Of a stretch of 64,000 bases of DNA, positions 24,101 to 37,100 are shown piece after piece. The position numbers were made by a program, and so were the translations under genes. Position 1 is the stretch's first letter. Every line of letters starts with the position of its first letter. The stretch lies in the NCBI GenBank assembly GCA_973895155.1, contig OZ316895.1:20102803-20166802 (forward strand). Reading direction: 5' to 3'. The notes below the pieces were generated by a model. It worked only from the letters and a program-made list of their open reading frames with translations, did not search any database and was not told the DNA's origin. The stretch is from Marsupella aquatica (taxonomy: Eukaryota > Plantae > Marchantiophyta).

Positions 24101-26773
24101 AATCTCACTTGTAGGTTGTCAATGAAGTTTTCCATATCCATCTCCTCATAGATAATTCAGGATCAGGTCTATAGGTCAAGATCTACTCCGTGAAATGTGA
24201 AGCCCTTGATTGTAACTTCTCTGATAATAAGTTTATTTATTTAAAATATGCTTGTGGGAAGGGTGTGGAGTCTGGGTACAAGGAGCCCTTCATGTGCATA
24301 TGCCTGTATTAAGGCTACAAAAAAGGAGAAAGTAAACACTCTCTGAAAGATACAACTTTGGAAAAGTACTTGGAATTTTTAAAGTGCATACGATGGTGGC
24401 TTCTACTTACCTCAAAAAACTAACGAATAACCTTTTAGCATAATTTGTACTTTACATACGAGTAGCTGACATTAACATCAAACAACTAAAAACTGTAAAT
24501 ACAATACTTTTGTAATTAGGAGAGCTACCAATAAATGGGGTCCTTTTCATTCCATTGGTACCTTTCATTCCTTTTCTGCCAGCTTTCTAGTATCTTCCAA
24601 TCTAAATATCTTTCCCCTAATTATTTATAACTCTTTTCAATTTGTTGTTCAGTAGGGCCTTAGTTCTTTTGTGATTATTGGGGAACTCTCAGTCTTCCTT
24701 GGGTTTTCCATTGTCGCTCGCCTCGCCCCCTCCACCCCCTTACTGGTGTCCCACAATTGTGATCCTGTCTCTATTAGTTGGTAGTGATTTATATACTGCC
24801 AACTGGCCTAAGGCCAGGTGAGTCTCTCCCTGCACTATGTGCGCACTGGTAGGTTGTTTAATAACACTCCTGGTTTCCCCAAAAAGGGAGGGGTGTGAGA
24901 AGCCAAAGCCTGGATGAACCAAAACCTTTTCCCTGCCCAGCCCTGACAATCATTAGTTGTTTAATACAACTTATTAATTTTAAAGACACAGTCGGGGTGT
25001 GGGAAAGCATACCCCGGATGGACCTAGATAATGTCCTTGTCCCATCCCATGGATTGCATAAAGTCATTAGCCAGGTTACACTGGAAATTAAAAGCCATTG
25101 GGGACTTTTGAGAAGGATGTTTCACTTTTGTGAAGGACGCCCGCAAGTAATGTTTCAGGCGCCACTACCAACTACAAACTTGTTGGTCATACCAGACTAA
25201 CTTGGCCATTTATTTGGGGTAATTATTGGATCTTTTTTTAAGCTCAAGGTATGTCAATATGTTCTCTGATGTCCAATATATTACTTTTGTACAAAGTTGG
25301 AGACCTTCGAGATGATTCATTCCATTTCTGATGAGCAAGAGAAATGTCTTTATATCGGGTCAACTGACTGAAAGAGACTGCTACAGGTCACATTTTAGTC
25401 AAATTTGTAAAAGTGTTATCTAATATTTTTAGATGTTCTGCTCAAGTCCATCCCGGCTTTGCCAGTCCATCCAGACTTCACAGCCAATCCGCCAGTCCAT
25501 CAAAGCCTAAATTTTGCTGATTAATAAAGCTTCCCAATTCACAAAAACAGATCAGGTGGGGTCTAGTCAGGTTACAAAACTAAAAAAGTGACTCTTCTTT
25601 GGCAGTTTGATTCATGTCATCATATTTGGTATCTTTGGATCATTCAAATCGGGGTAGGCAGCCGGGGGGGGCAGGCCACACCAGAACATCCACATGATCA
25701 GAAACAACCAAATCTGAGTCGAGACTTGGTTTCCCCCCTTCTTCATTTAAAGCACTTTGAGTTTTCTGTTGTTGTTGTTTGCGTTTTTTGTTGTGTTGGT
25801 GGGGTGGGGGGGATCAAAAAACTGAGTTGGGATCTCAAACCAGCATTTTTAGTGGCCAAAGTTTGCTGGATTCCACCTCTCAGAAAAACATTTGCCACTT
25901 TTGGCAAAAATCTATTAGGTTTTCTTGTCTTCCATTAGCCGGTTTCCCACCTAGCCAGAATCTAAGGGTTATCCTTAAATGTAGAGTGATCTGATGGCTA
26001 TAATATAATCTAGGAAAATTAGAGAAGGAATATCCCTAGCATCTTCCTTTCCATACAATGTGATATTAGCCACCCTGGCCAACAAAACAAACCTTAACAT
26101 TTAGCTACCTCAAACCTTGCATTTTTGTTAGATCATTACTTTGGTCACTATTTGGTTGCAGACTGAATTGCATCTGCGGACCTGCTAAGTACTAAAGGCT
26201 AGCCAGATTAATTCCAGTTCCCAACAAGTTTCTGCGCTGTGGTGCTGACGTAAGACAGTGGTGTAAGGGTCATGATTTACAGTAGTCAAGTAAGTACCAG
26301 ATTTTAAGTCATTGATACAACTGGGCCCCATAATTCATCGGTTGTTTTAGGGACATAACTGCTGTGCAGTGAAGTAAAAGGAGCAGGCACTTTTGTGCAG
26401 AGGTTATTATATATTGCTTGATTAGTTCCTAGCTAAGTACTGAACTCTACTTTCTTTCGTTTTTAATTGGAAGGAGTAAAAGAGGAGATGATGTGGCAGC
26501 AGAGGATTCAGGCAGGCGGTCTTGGCAAGGGAAAAGTGTTACTTGATGGAGGTCATCAGTGATTTAGATTGTTGATAGACCTTAAATCAATCGACCCAAA
26601 AACTCATGGGCTTCATGGGGTCCATCAAGTAAGAATTTTCACTTTAGGGATTGATTGTGTATATCTCTTGCGTATTGAGTGGCTATTTTACAAATGGGCC
26701 ACCACTAGGTATGGTTCTTAGGTACACACACTCTTTGTGTCTTTTCAAAGATGAGTTATGGTTATGCATTGCC

Positions 26774-27412
26774 TGTGACCTACCTTCTATGTCATGGAGG
26801 AGAATAATAGTCGATCTTTTGGTTACTCTTATTGGTCACTTGCTATTTTGACAATACTCATCAGACAGCTATTTTTTACACCTTTCCCCACGTATGTGAC
26901 CTACCTTCTACAAGGTGGAAAAGAATCTAGTCTTTTGGGTATTCTTAATGGTCGCTTGCTGTTCTCAAAATACTGGTGAGCCATTTTTCTTATCTTTTTT
27001 GAAAGTATGTGATCTACCTTCTCCGTAGTGGAACAAAAATAGTCTTTCGGTTACTCTTATAGGCACTTGTTGTTGTCACAAGATTGTTCACTTATTATTC
27101 TTATATCTCTAAAGTATTGACTTACCTTCTACATTGTGAAGAATAATATCACTTCTGGTTACTCTTATTGGTCAGTTGTGATTCTTGCAACACTCGTCAG
27201 CCATCTTCTAATCTTTCCAACATATGTGACTACCTTATACATCATGGAGAAGACTATGGTGCTTTACTAGTTATTCTTATTAGACACTTCTATTCTCACA
27301 ATACTGGTCAGCCATTTTTTTCTAATTTTTCCAAATATGTGTGACCTACCTGCTACATCTGGAGAAGAATATAGTCTTTTGGTTACCCTTATTGGTCACT
27401 TGTTATTCTCAC
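26774..27412. repeat. ~115-bp degenerate minisatellite, about 5.5 copies (GTGACCTACCTTCTA...TGGTTACTCTTATTGGTCACTTG...)
   Basis: Units start at about 26774, 26896, 27009, 27117, 27225 and 27341. Confidence 0.85.
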
Positions 27413-29526
27413 ACTTAGGGGATCTACTGCAGAAATTTGTAGGAACCACATTCAAGTTTAAATAACTATAATTATTCAATGATATTTGGAAAAAAAAATC
27501 ATAAATGCCTTAGGGGGTAAACTCCAATTTATAAAAAATTCTCTAACCTTTGTTAAATTAAAATAGATCATTAAGGGTGATCATTAATTTTGAAAATATT
27601 AACCATTTCCTCTTGGGTCTAGAGTTAATATGTCCGTTACCATCTAACTGTAGTTAACCATGGTTACTATGTAACGTTTATCTAGCCATAGTCAGGTACT
27701 TGATTAAGGTTAGATTTGTTGCTTACTAAATTCAAGCCGGAATTAGCTTGTGAGTGAAACTTAGGTTCATTGTTACAGAGCCATCTTAGAGATAGCTAGA
27801 GAGAGCTCAGTCTGTGGAAACTTGAAATGACCAGCAGACATAGAGTTTAGTTAAAGCTGTCTTATATATATGGTTGTGTGGACTTAGTCTCTCCTGAGAT
27901 GACCCACATATCTTTCGTGTTTATTAGTTGTGTATTCCTTGAATATTGACATCTGCATGCTGTCTTTGAGTGGCAATCATTTACTCAACATATGGCACAC
28001 AACTGCATCTTTTAGAATTCCTGTCCTAATGGATACCCATGACTATATCTAATAAGATCTGCGGGTTTCAGCTTGGCCTAGTTTTTTGGCCAAATGTCTT
28101 ATAAAAATCCCCAAAACTTTATTTTTAAATCATTTTCCAACCCCGTTTCCAACAGAGATTTTAAGTAGGGAATACACAATACTTTTGTTTAAAACTGGCT
28201 ATTTGGTGAAAGATATATGAGACCAAGAAGAGAGTGACTCTAACTTGTGAGAGGACTAGTACTGAAACATCCTGGCACACGAAGAGTTCATGGTTCTGCT
28301 GTGGGAGTACACTCTGGGGCTTGATGTAATGAATAGACATGGCAAATTTTATTTTGATGACAGCAACAATTTTTTTGTAATATGCCATCGACAATCAAAT
28401 TCAATATGTAGAGCCCAGCACTTTGACATAGTATTCTATCTGGGATATTGTGTGGTCATTGTAACACTCTCAATCTAGATCAGAGGAGTTACACTAGATG
28501 AGTTTTCTTTGAGTAGTTACAAGCCTGAATGCCCATTCTTTGAATATTAATAGAGATAAGACAAAAAAAAAACCTTGCAAAAGAATCTATGTGGTTCCCC
28601 TTCATCTCTGCCCCATTCTTGTTTTTGATATGCATTTCACTTTCAGTTTTGTCATTATTAGTTTTGTCCCATCCCTCTTTTTGGTATGCACTTCACTTTC
28701 AATTTTGTCATCATTAGTTTTGTCTTGGAGAGTTATAGTCTAGAGGCTTTACTGTAGAGGTCTAGACACCAACTCTAGTTTCTGTTCACACTCTATAAAT
28801 TTCCTACTTTTAGTTCCTCTTTCTTGGTGTTTAATGGTTCCCTTTTACTCACTTCTTTTTCGATTGGTTTTGTTCACTTGGGCCCTCTTTTGTTTGTTCA
28901 TTTGTACTCTGATTGGTCCTTTTGTATATAAAAAGTGTGTATATTTCCATATAAATAAGATGTGGAGTAGCCAGGGTATAGCATAGCTGACCTTAATGAA
29001 ACTAATATTTTTGCACACTTTTGAAGGGTTTGCCAATTTTTGAGAGTAAAGTAAACTCTTGAACACAAAAGGAACACTTGTCGAACTAGTACACGAGTTA
29101 CACATAAGCTTGCAGTGACTCTGAAATCTGTATACCTGGTTAATACTGTGGTCAGTAAACCAGGAAATCTCCTAGCCTGGCAGGCTGCCCCGCTGTGCCC
29201 AGGGGATCCCCCAGCACAGACCCAGCTGACCTCCATATATAAAAAAGCAGATGGTTGGTTGGCACGTTGTAGCTGACGGGGATTTTGTCCATTTAGGCTA
29301 GCCTTGTTTTAACCCAAATTTCTTCAATGGTACCTCCAGGAAATTAAGGAAGCTTTAGTTTCCTTAATATTAATAAGAGATCAGGAACTTCTACAATAAC
29401 ACAAACCATGGAGGACAGTATAAGTTTTTTGGTCAGACGTATCCTTGAGCTTTGGAAGTCAACCAACCTTGCTTCCACTTTAGGTTGTGCACACAAGTTT
29501 TTCCTGCCAGGTAACCGGCTCACTAG

Positions 29527-29735
29527 CCCGGGTGGCTACTTGAAGGGGATCAACAAGTTGGTCACAAGTTCTTTGCTAGAAGGTGAGGGTACCCCGGGTG
29601 GCTACTTGAAGGGGATCAACAAGTTGGTCACAAGTTCTTTGCTAGACGGTGGGGGTACCGCCTCACATATGCTTCTGGAGAGCTACTGCCCCCCAGGGTA
29701 CCTCCTCACATATGCTTCTGGAGATCTAGTGCCCT
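29527..29735. repeat. 66-bp tandem duplication followed by a ~43-bp tandem duplication
   Basis: CCCGGGTGGCTACTTGAAGGGGATCAACAAGTTGGTCACAAGTTCTTTGCTAGA... x2, then CCTCACATATGCTTCTGGAGA... x2. Confidence 0.85.
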
Positions 29736-31197
29736 CCCAAAGTTGGTCCGGTTATCTTACCCCAATTGAAGGGCTTAACAAGGTCTGTTTGTCCTGTCCT
29801 CTATCATGCTCATAGGCATCGGAGCACGGACCGTAATAAAATCTCATGATCCTCAAACAGAGTTTAGGGCAGCCCCCTGCGACCAAATCTCAGGCACTGT
29901 TGCAGCAAGAGTCCCAGCGTGGCAGTTTTCAGGCCCAGCCATGGCTTACGCTGCCCACTACTACCTCAGCCACCGTTACTGCCTCAGCCGCAATGGATGA
30001 GTCCAGCCACTGTGGCTAAGTCTTTCCCAACTTCACTTGACCATAACCTGAAATCCTAACATCCATTGGAGATGTATCTTAGGGGGTTCGGGTTGGGCTG
30101 ACTTGGTGCTCATCTTTAAGTTATGGGGTCTGACTCCTTATCAACTTCCCAAGATGGTGCTTCCATGCCTTAGCTTTCCTTGGCTAGAGAGTAATCATGA
30201 GAAGGTCCTTTGCACCTTATAAGTAAGATTTCACTATGATTGTTGTTTGGGTGAACCTATTGAATTGGAGGTATATGCTTGATGGGACCCTAGCCTTCCA
30301 GTCATGATTCTAATTTTGCAAACCTGCAAGAACTAAAGTAAAATGCTACACAAACCTACTATCATGTAGAGATAGATACTCTAAAACTTTATAATCATCT
30401 GAAAACACAATACATTTATGTCTTCAAACACACATGTTCAAACACACATGTACATGCGGTGGACTATGACAGGCCACACAACAAAGCGCAATGGGAATTG
30501 CCAGTAGAGCATACAATTAGGCACCATACAAGAACCATATGTGCAGAACCTACAGAGACCTTGGTTTGTATCAAATTTCTGTGGGGGCATCGTCTGTAAC
30601 AAAGTTTGTAGGGACTCATCATATATATTTGTTTAGGGTCCCATCGAGCATATACCTCATTGAATTGTGGCCCACCGGCTCCATTGCCCACCAGCTCCGT
30701 TTCCTTGTGATTATAATTCAAGTGATCCTCCACAATCTCCTGAATCTCAACACCCCACCATGGTCAAAATGCTTCCCAACAAAAAAGTATGTTCATCCAA
30801 AGCAAAATTAGTCTCCGACCTTAGTTCCCACCCTCTGTACATATTGTGATTCGACTGGGCACCCATGCATACCAGAAAGGAAACTGGTGCATGAAACCAT
30901 GGAAGCTTCCACTTCTTAATTTTCACGTGTACATGTCTCACTTTCCATGTGCACGCGTATAGAGAACCTACGTAATAATATATACGAAAAACACTCTAGG
31001 AATCCCAAATCGGGAGCAAAATACAGACGAAAATGTTATCGTTGGAAGCTCTTGAGGCAAGAACGCCGCTTCCTACATCCTGTTCAACCTCACCTAAGCC
31101 AATAGGAGGGAACCTTGACAGCTTCTCAGCTTATAAAAATTGAACAGCCTCCATCAAAGCAATGGCTCCTTCCCGGTTGGTTCCAGCTGTTGACTTT

Positions 31198-34100
31198 CTA
31201 AGGTCTCGGGGCGGGCATTTGTTGTTTCTTCACATGCCGAGTTCCCCTCACCATACTGCAAAACAAAACACATCCATAACTAATCAGAATTCCACATTGC
31301 GCCTTCAAAATGTGAGACACTTCGCCTAAGTAAACCTAGTGGGCCAGGAAATTGAGCAGACGGGTGGATAGACATTAACGCTCTTCATTACAGCACCTAA
31401 TACATTAAATCGCAGAAAATTGACGCACCTTATATCATGTGGAGTAATAAATATCCATTGGGATCCCTCTTGAAGGGCAAATTCCACAACGGTATCGAGG
31501 CTGATTTTCCTGCTGACAGCATCCTGCGAATAATAATAACGGTTTGCTTGAGAACGCTTTGCGTGAATCTTCCAGAAAATTCTGCAAACTAGACCTTGCT
31601 AGAATTCAAGAGGAACAAGAGACTCACGCAATCGTCATCTGGTGCACTGCTGTTACGAGAATGACCAGTCCCGACAATCATTAAGGTCAAATTGATTGCC
31701 CGGTAAAAATCTCAAACTTGACATTAAAGAAGATGAGTCCATCAGTTTTGCTATTAAAGACTTGTAATCTGACTTACCATGAAGACGTCAAACTCATCCA
31801 TTGCTCGAAAGGGCGCCTCGGTCATGTTATGAAGTGCGAGAGCAAATGCCAAAGTGGTGAAAGACCTTTCACCCCCTGAGAGTGCTCGTGTGTCTCTCAC
31901 TGATGTATTGGAGGCATCGTGCGGCATTTGAACCTGCACGTGCAAGACAAGTTAGCCAGATCTGCTAACCATCAGAAAACTGACCAAGTCATGAAGCTCC
32001 GTGGTTGTTTTTGGCACCATGACCTACCTTAATTGCAATAGAAGGGAAATAATATGGCATGGCCTGAAAAACAGGACGATTTCGAAAGTAAGATCTTACA
32101 CTCAAATTTAGTGTCTTCTTTTCGTAGTCAACTTTGACATGGCCACCGATACCCTTCCTTCCTAGATGCTCATTGAATCTGAAAGCGAAAAACCCACACC
32201 AGTAATAGAAGTAAGAGAGCTAGAATCTGAAAGACGTGAAAGAAGCCAAAACCTTTCAGTCAATCAACCAGGAAAACAACCACATATCTAATTTCTGAGT
32301 TGCATGCGTACCCCCATAAGAGTTCACGTCGCAAGTGCGTACAGTTCTCACCATACTTTTTCTTTCGTTCTTGCAAAGCTCCATTGAGCATCTGCATGCA
32401 ACACACGATCCGAGACAGGCTAGCCGATGTGAAATAGTGCCTTCGGGTACACTTAGACTCACTTTTCGTGTAGTGCAAGAACTCTGCTGTAATAGGTACT
32501 TTTGGGCTAATTTTCGTGTAGTGCAAGAGATCTGCTGTGATGGGTACTTTTGGACTCATTTTCGTGTAGTGCAAGAGATCTGCTGTGATAGGGACTCCAA
32601 ACAAACAAAAAAGCGCCTGTTCACATGGGTGATGTTAAGGCGGTGAGCACATCTTATGCGTAATTGACATGCGTCTAACTGAGCACTGTGCTGATCTGGA
32701 GACATTTTCATAACAAAAAGAGTGGCATTCAGTGCAGGATTCAGGAGTACTTACATCCAGTTTCTCTTTTAAGCTCGTAAACCATCTTTCTCTGGAAGCG
32801 ATTTTCCTCTTGAGTTTAGTTTGTTTTTTGATCAACTTCTCGATTGGTTCACTTTCACTGGAAAATGAAGAACATGGAAATGTCTTATGACCCAAGGGAT
32901 GGCCACCTTGTATTCAAGTACCAAACAGAAAAATCTAGGCAGATATTGCACCACAATGTCATCTGCATGCCCTTTCACTGAGAATGATGATGGATACTGT
33001 TAGTAAATGTGCTCAAAACTTGCATCCTCGTCAATAGCGGATGAACATACTTTTGCTGCCTTTCCACCTTCGCAGCTAGTCTCCTCATCTGATTGCTGAG
33101 CTGGTCTCTTGTCCTCGTATCCTCACCAAGTCGTTCCCTGTCCTCTTCTGGACATATTTTGATAGCAGTCTCACGGTGTTCCTATCAAGATCAGACACAC
33201 AAAAACACAGAAGAAGCGATTGGCATAAGTTTTCACTTCCTAAAATCACATTACCAGTCTTCCTTGAACCTGTACGTAGTTCAGAATTGTCGCCAAATCG
33301 CTGAACGAAAGTGAACTTTAGACAATCACACTGTCCCAGGACCTGCATTTCTGGAGAAGGCTGTAGTAGATCACAAAGTCTCCAATAACCAGGTTGAATT
33401 ATTCTATTCGAAAACGAAGTCCACTACAATTTTATGGAAACTGAAACAGTTAAACGTGTCTCCAGGAAGGTAGCGTGCCCAGTCGATTCCTCATTAAATT
33501 GTTTAGAATGTTCATAACGAACAAATCAGCATCTCGCGATGATTAACATTCAGAAAACTTCTACATTGCATAATCATAACAATTCACAGGAGTCTAAGCA
33601 TTCGCATCACACCTCCAGCGCCTTCTTTACATCTTCAGTTAACTTCTCTTGCCTTTGAATTGTCAAGACAACCTTCTGCTCCATAATTTTCTCAAATGTC
33701 TTTACATTCTACAACCACAGGCACAAGAACTATCAATTAGCCTTTCAAGGACCGTCAATCAATGCAATGAGAGCTTGAAACGATCCTCCTGAATTCTTGA
33801 AATGCGCCAATGATTTTAGAGACAAGAAGAATCTATATGCATGAACGCTACGAGAGAAAACAATGCTTTCAGAAAAATAAGAAGTAAAAGCCAAACTGCT
33901 GAATATGAGATTAAAACACCAACTCCTACGGTACCGAAAGAAACTTACTTGGTCAGCCTCCAAAATCTCTTGACTAAGCGTTACCAGTTCCTGCTCTGCA
34001 ACTCGTAAAGACTCAACATCTCCTCTAGTAGATTCTGCAAGTTACGGAGTTCAAAAGATCTTTATACAGCTATATAGATCCAGAAATATAGATCCAGAAA

Positions 34101-37100
34101 TAAGAGTAATTCAAAAATAAGTCTGTTGTTAAATAACTTCTAACGCAACGAAAGAAAACTGGTCCAAAACATAACTTATGAAAAGTGCATTTTACCAATC
34201 CATTGATCATTCTCAAGTTTAGCAGCATCCCATTTCAACTTAGCTAAGTCCAGCTTCACTTGGGACTTCTGCAACGCCTCTTCCTTGGATTGTATCTCTT
34301 CACGGGTTCTCTAAATCCAAAACACAAAGATCACCATGGTTATGTTCTGAAATTCTTATTTTGCTGTCATTTGAAGTATAGAAGAGGGTGCACGTTTAGT
34401 ATAAATCAACTAGAATTACAACAATTTGCGTGCATTGATTTTGTAAAGCTTTGCAATGACTAAAACCTACCAATTCCACCAAAGTCTAACATACCTAGTG
34501 ACTAAGTACCCTGACTATAAATTGCCTGCCGCCTGCGTTAACGAAAACTAAGACAAACTTTAATGTTTTAGAATTCAAATTGAGACTCTAATGCAGACTA
34601 ATGAATGAATATAATCGTTTAGGTCTACTGCTGCAAAAGCAGAGCATTCCGTAGCATGCCTGCAATCGTACTAACCACAGTCTCCTGTTCGAGCTCGAGC
34701 ATATTTGATTCTTTATTCAAGTCAGGCTCAATGGATACAGCCTTTCTCAAATCCCGGAGTGCAACCTCCCGACTTTGCAAAGCCCGTTCTTCGTTTCTTT
34801 TCCTACGCTGCAAAATAATTCAAGAAGCAAATCAGTCATCCCTTCACGCAACACATCAACAACAAAATATATACAGCCATCACGAGAAATAAAAGTGAGG
34901 CCAAATGCGTGATGTCTACCTACTTTACTCCAACCGCTCCAGGCCCCCGCGCAAAAAAAACCCCCCACCAAAAAACCAAAGCAATCGCTAACTTAATTTG
35001 GACAACCATGGTGCATATTGACAAGTCAAGGTTTCAGAGAATGCAACTGAAACTGGAGCAATGACACTCCACACTCCTCGGTAGACTCGATCAATTAATT
35101 CATTGATATTAAAACATGGATTCAAAATGGTCAGCAGGAATGCAAGAACAGAAAATGACGGTAATCTTCTTACTTTGACGTTGTCAAGTGTTTCCCTCGA
35201 CCTCTGGACGTCTTGATCTAATTTCCGTTTACGGTTCTCAGCTTCCTGGATCCCAGCATTAAGTTCGCTCTCTTGCACTTGAGCTAGAGCAATCTGCTCA
35301 TCCACACGCACTCCTAGTCTGCCCCCACGCAATCTCCTGTCTTTAAAGAGAGTTGTCTCAGCACCAGCTCTAGTGTACCTGTCTTACAAATCAAAGATTC
35401 ACAAGAAAGAACAGAAAGTTGACTGTTAGATTGAACTGTTTAGGCAACTGAATTAACGTGCCACCCAAGAAAAACGCAACCGCCTAACAAAGCTCTCAAA
35501 GTACAGTCCAGATTTGGTATAAAAGTGAAGAAACCATCACTTTCAGATCAATCGGTTCATAGCAATGTTGCTCATAGCCAGGTTGAATTCAGACGAAGGA
35601 CGTACATCCTTGTACCATCCATTGCTATGACCTCCTTAACGTTTCTGGAACCTCCATTGAATGCAATGTTCTTCCCTGCGTTGTAATCTTGAACTAGAAC
35701 TTTCTGGTCAACCCCTCCCTGTATTTGGAAAACCCCCATGGTCCTTGATCAGAAAGGCTGTCCCCTGTTACGATCAATCACTTTGACTAGAAAGCCTCAA
35801 CTATAACCTAATTTCAGAACAAGATCAAGATATAAAATTCAATCACTCGACCGTCTAGTTTACTTGTCCTCTAACTCTTCAACTAATAATACTATCTAAA
35901 AGGGTCAAGATCACAACCAGAGCAATGATTCAGTTGAGAAGGGAAAGGATTAAGAGGGTCAAATTAAACAGGGTACAAACCTGATCAATGAGAACATTGA
36001 CTATAGTGGGAATTTCAGATTGTAAGGAACCCAGCACTGTTAGCAGCGATTGATCAGGTAGATCATTAGCTGTCGGTCTTATCCTGCATTTAAAGCACGC
36101 AATTGCACAAGTGCCTCAGATGTGCTGTCAAATCAAGTCAATGCACAGAAATGAATGTCATTCCTATGTGCCCCTTGATTTCTGAAAAAGGCTGTCATCT
36201 AAACACACCGAATCTGTCTACGACAAGAGAGCCAAAAACGTTTAGTGTAGAAACGTTTTAGTAAACGATAAGGTGAGGCCCGTTTCCCAAGCTTCTAATG
36301 GATGTATCCTCGGAGCGGACGCCATGAACCAGTGACATTTGATGGCTTACTGCTCACTGTACTTCGTCAATAGAGGGGCTTCACATGCAGAGTTTCCTAT
36401 TGTATTGACTTACTGAGGACGGTCAAAATTTGCTGTTATAATGCCCAAATTACGACAGCCAACTCGGTTCCCAATGTCTCGCAATAGCAGCGTATCTCTC
36501 TGGTTTGTAACAACAAAGTCATTGAACATCTTTCCAACTGCAACCTCCACCGCTGTAGACCAATCCCCATTGAGCAAAGCCTGCAACCACTCCGAAAAAG
36601 GCAGTTTCAGGTACATATGAACCGCGCAAATCAGCTACTTTCCGGTCCCGAGTTTCTAAAACCGAATTCACGGACGTAGTTCACTAGAAGACCACAAATA
36701 TCCACAAGTTGTATCTGCTTCCCAACAAACGAATAATTATGTCCTAAAAGATCCGCTGTGAATGGTCACTTGAATTTAATGACGGAATCAAGAGAGGACG
36801 GTCCAAATTCATTCAATTGTTTGTTTCTCAGTTTCTGCACAAAAATGCACGCAGCGTGAACGGACACATGGAGTATGGCATCCGTCCCTGGATTCTAAAG
36901 ACTATAGCGAAACAAATGACTACAGTAGAGGTGATAACTGATTGATCTGTTTTGATACTTTGGGTCCCCGGACAGCTTTCGTATCCTTAACACCATATCC
37001 CAACAATACATTCCGTTTTTCTTTCAAACTTATACTGATTCACAACTTCATCATAGCTTATAGAAAAGTCCTCTATGAAGCAGAAAGAATCCAAAGGCGA

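Noticed and set aside
29408-29815. 135-aa ORF with repeated peptide PGGYLKGINKLVTSSLL
   Set aside because: The peptide repeat simply reflects the 66-bp DNA duplication; there is no other coding evidence.
32260-32646. ORFs with repeated [13 protein letters not shown] or FRVVQEICC peptides
   Set aside because: Products of the intronic 48-bp repeat. The flanking SMC6 exons join sensibly without them.
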